The notes under the pieces were generated by a model that saw only the letters and a program-made list of their open reading frames with translations, was not told the DNA's origin and searched no databases. The position numbers were made by a program, and so were the translations under genes. Below are positions 61,593 to 64,000 of a stretch of DNA of 64,000 bases, in pieces. The stretch's first letter is position 1; each line of letters begins with the position of its first letter. Location: positions 2,128,587-2,192,586 of the forward strand of contig JAHBZM010000001.1 of the NCBI GenBank assembly GCA_019635435.1, given 5' to 3'. The DNA is from Ramlibacter sp. (GTDB taxonomy: Bacteria; Pseudomonadota; Gammaproteobacteria; Burkholderiales; Burkholderiaceae_C).

Positions 61593-62426
61593 CTTGTTCT
61601 GAAAATGGCTGGGCGACTGCCCCATGGCGCTCTTGAACATGGCGCTGAAGGCGCTGTCACTGGCGTAGCCGCTGGCGGCGGCCACCTGGCTCACCGGTGC
61701 GCCGCGCGCGAGCATGGGCAGGGCGTGCGCCAGGATCACCTGCTGGCGCCACTGCTGGTAGCTGGTGCCCAGCTCCTCGCGGAACAACCGGGCCACGGTG
61801 CGCTCGCTAGCGCCAAAGTCGCTGGCCCATTCGGCCAGGGTGGCGCGCTCGGCCGGCGCGTGCACGATGGCGTCGCACAGCGCGCGCAGGCGCTTGTCGC
61901 CCGACTGCGGGTGCGGCATGGGCACGCCCAGCGGCAGCGCATCGGCGTGGCCGATTTCCTCCATCACCAGCTGGGTCAGGGCCTGCTCGCGGGCCGGCGT
62001 GAGGGGGCTGCCCGCGGGCGCGTCCAGGGCCTGGATCAGCTCGCGCAGCAGCGGGGTCACGCCGATCATGCGGCAGGCGTCCCAGCCGGCGGGCGTGACC
62101 ACCGGGTCCATGTAGAGCGTGCGGAATTCGGCCGACTCGAGCACATGGATGGCGTGGCGGGCCCCCGGGGCGATCCACACGGCGCGTGATGGCGGCACGA
62201 TGTAGGTCACCTCGTCGCCCGATCCCGGCGTGCTGGAGGCAATCACTTGCAGCATGCCGCTGGCGCTGTAGGCCAGCTGGGCCCAGGCGTGATGGTGCGG
62301 CTCGAAGTGGGTGTCGGCGGTCATGGTGCGCGCGCGCACCCGCACCGGGCGCCTCGGGTCGGGCCGGAAGGGGTCGGTGTCGCCCACCGGCATCAGGCGG
62401 GGCGGGGCATGGCTGGCGCGGGTCAT
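61581..62426 (-). CDS. AraC-family transcriptional regulator with N-terminal cupin domain
   Basis: C-terminal dual HTH (ERTVARLFREELG...). Start trimmed to the internal Met. The track ORF would overlap the divergent MFS gene. Confidence 0.75.
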   Translation of the reverse strand: MTRASHAPPRLMPVGDTDPFRPDPRRPVRVRARTMTADTHFEPHHHAWAQLAYSASGMLQVIASSTPGSGDEVTYIVPPSRAVWIAPGARHAIHVLESAEFRTLYMDPVVTPAGWDACRMIGVTPLLRELIQALDAPAGSPLTPAREQALTQLVMEEIGHADALPLGVPMPHPQSGDKRLRALCDAIVHAPAERATLAEWASDFGASERTVARLFREELGTSYQQWRQQVILAHALPMLARGAPVSQVAAASGYASDSAFSAMFKSAMGQSPSHFQNKIGL

Positions 62427-62505
62427 GGCGGGATGGCTGGAATTCGATGAAACATGGCGTTCCGTCGTGTTCCGGAAATCGCACCCCGAGTCTACGATAG
62501 CCGCC

Positions 62506-63759
62506 ATGAACCCTTCCACCACCCTGAATGTGCCGCCTGGCGGCGCCATCAGCCTGCGCCAGGACGCGGGCGTGATCGGCCTTGTGGGCCTGGCCCACAT
62601 GATCAGCCACTACAGCCAGCTGCTGCTGGCGCCCCTGTTCCCCTGGCTCAAGGACGCCCTGCATGCGAGCTACACCGAGCTGGGCTTCCTGATGACGGTG
62701 TTTTTTGTGGTGTCGTGCGCGGTGCAGGCGGCCTCGGGCTTTCTGGTGGACCGCTATGGCCCGCGGCCCATCCTGTTCGCGGGCCTGGCGCTGCTGGGCG
62801 GGGCCGCGTTTGGCTACGCGGCCAGCACCGGTTACTGGATGATGGCGTTCTTCTCTATCGTGGCGGGCATTGGCAACGGGGTGTTCCACCCGGTGGACTA
62901 CACCTTGCTCAACCGCAAGGTCAGCGCGCCGCGGCTGGGCCATGCCTACAGCTTCCACGGGATCACGGGCAGCCTGGGCTGGGCGCTGGCGCCGGCCATG
63001 CTGGTGCCGCTGGCGCTGGCGTTCTCCTGGCGGGTGGCGCTGGTGGGCGCGGGCATGCTGGCCTATGGGGTGCTGGCCGTGCTCTGGTTTCACCGCGACA
63101 AGCTCAGCCTGCCCGCCGCCGCGCCAGCCACTGCCAGCCGGGCCGCCGGCCAGCCTGCGGGCGAGGGCAGCTTTGATTTCCTGCGCATCCCGGCGGTGTG
63201 GATGTGTTTTGCGTTCTTCTTTTTCTACGCCATCGTGATCAGCGTGGTGCAGGCCTTTGCGCCCGAGGCCGCGCGCCAGTTGCACGGCGTGCCGCTGGCG
63301 CTGGCGGCCATGTGCCTCACGGTCTACATGGTGTGCAGCGCAGGCGGCATGGTGCTGGGGGGCTTTCTGGCCGCCGACCCGTCGCGCTGCGAGCGCATCG
63401 TGGGCATGGCGTTTGGCGTGGCGGCCATGTTTGCCCTGACCCTGGGCCTGGCCGACCTGCCCGCGCTCATGGTGCCGGTGCTGTTTGGCGTGATGGGGTT
63501 TGCCTCGGGCATCGCGGGGCCCTCGCGCGACCTGCTGGTCAAGAAGTCCACGCCTGACAACGCCACGGGACGGGTCTACGGCGTGGTGTACGCGGGGCTG
63601 GACATTGGCCAGGCTGCGGCGCCGCTGATGTTCGGCGCCCTGATGGACCAGCATCGCTACAGCGCCGTGCTGGTCGGGCTGGCCGTGGTGCAGGGGGTGC
63701 TGATTGCCAGTGCCTTCAACGTGCGCAAGGTGCGGCGCACCGCGCTGGTGCCGGCCTGA
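62506..63759 (+). CDS. MFS transporter (12 TMS)
   Basis: Internal ATG (MNPSTTLN). MFS signature D-R-Y-G-P-R. Confidence 0.8.
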   Translation: MNPSTTLNVPPGGAISLRQDAGVIGLVGLAHMISHYSQLLLAPLFPWLKDALHASYTELGFLMTVFFVVSCAVQAASGFLVDRYGPRPILFAGLALLGGAAFGYAASTGYWMMAFFSIVAGIGNGVFHPVDYTLLNRKVSAPRLGHAYSFHGITGSLGWALAPAMLVPLALAFSWRVALVGAGMLAYGVLAVLWFHRDKLSLPAAAPATASRAAGQPAGEGSFDFLRIPAVWMCFAFFFFYAIVISVVQAFAPEAARQLHGVPLALAAMCLTVYMVCSAGGMVLGGFLAADPSRCERIVGMAFGVAAMFALTLGLADLPALMVPVLFGVMGFASGIAGPSRDLLVKKSTPDNATGRVYGVVYAGLDIGQAAAPLMFGALMDQHRYSAVLVGLAVVQGVLIASAFNVRKVRRTALVPA

Positions 63760-63781
63760 CGCGCCGGGCCGCAGCGCCACT

Positions 63782-64000
63782 GCAGCGCTACTTCTTCAGC
63801 GAGTCCATCATGCTGTCGAGGTTGAACGGGTGCCAGTTGTCCGGCAGGCCGGCGATGGTCTCGCGGGCCCGGAACTCGGCGCTCTCAAGTGCCTGGCTCT
63901 CGGTGGAATACAGGTGGTAGCTGCGCACCTTGTGCTGTGCGTTGATGTTGTGCACCGAGTCGGGCTTGGCAATGCAGATCTTGGCGAAGCCGACAAACTC
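63782..64000 (-). CDS. hypothetical protein, C-terminal fragment (runs off the window edge)
   Basis: The frame is open to the edge and ends in ...PDNWHPFNLDSMMDSLKK-stop. Confidence 0.35.

Noticed and set aside
61807-63780. 657-aa ORF antisense to the MFS transporter gene at 62506-63759
   Set aside because: Low-complexity Arg/His/Gly-rich translation. The sense gene has canonical MFS topology.

Overview
This window is high-GC chromosomal DNA (about 65-70% GC), most likely from a Comamonadaceae-type betaproteobacterium. Gene calls rest on my recall of conserved motifs and on the ORF track; I ran no database search.

Core genes: partial dnaB; a PIN-PhoH (YlaK-like) protein; bcp peroxiredoxin; alaA-hom-thrC; mobB-moeA-moaD-moaE; clpB behind a sigma32-like promoter; a three-subunit FAD/triheme-cytochrome membrane dehydrogenase; two DHA2-type MFS transporters; an N-terminally truncated KdpD sensor kinase with KdpE next to kup; a complete histidine-utilisation cluster (hutH, hutU, hutC, hutD, hutI, hutG, hutF) with a NitT/TauT-type ABC transporter and two HutC-operator-like palindromes; a BigR/ArsR-type sulfur-stress operon (blh-like MBL hydrolase, two YeeE/YedE genes, TauE); a ParE/RelE toxin-antitoxin pair; several lipoprotein and hypothetical genes.

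The stand-out region is a roughly 7-kb insertion at 28.6-35.6 kb. It sits exactly at the 3' end of kup and is bounded by 47-bp imperfect direct repeats that duplicate the kup terminus. Its lower-GC front half carries an XRE-type regulator, a self-contained small-ORF transcription unit, four tRNA genes (Arg-ACG, Glu-TTC, Asp-GTC and a CAT-anticodon Met/Ile2-like gene, some with non-canonical stems or loops), a 54-nt tRNA-like remnant with only an acceptor stem and T-arm, and an HNH endonuclease. Its high-GC back half is an SPFH - Clp-fold protease - RtcB RNA ligase operon with a strong terminator. No integrase was found. I read this as a candidate tRNA supply/repair island of phage origin (spare tRNAs plus RtcB), which is inference.

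A ~34-bp palindromic-core repeat family (CTGGAGTCCAG) occurs in both orientations at intergenic sites throughout the window, with one degenerate copy inside hutD. Lower-GC patches at 41.76-42.26 kb and 56.75-59.70 kb hold orphan membrane and hypothetical genes and look horizontally acquired.
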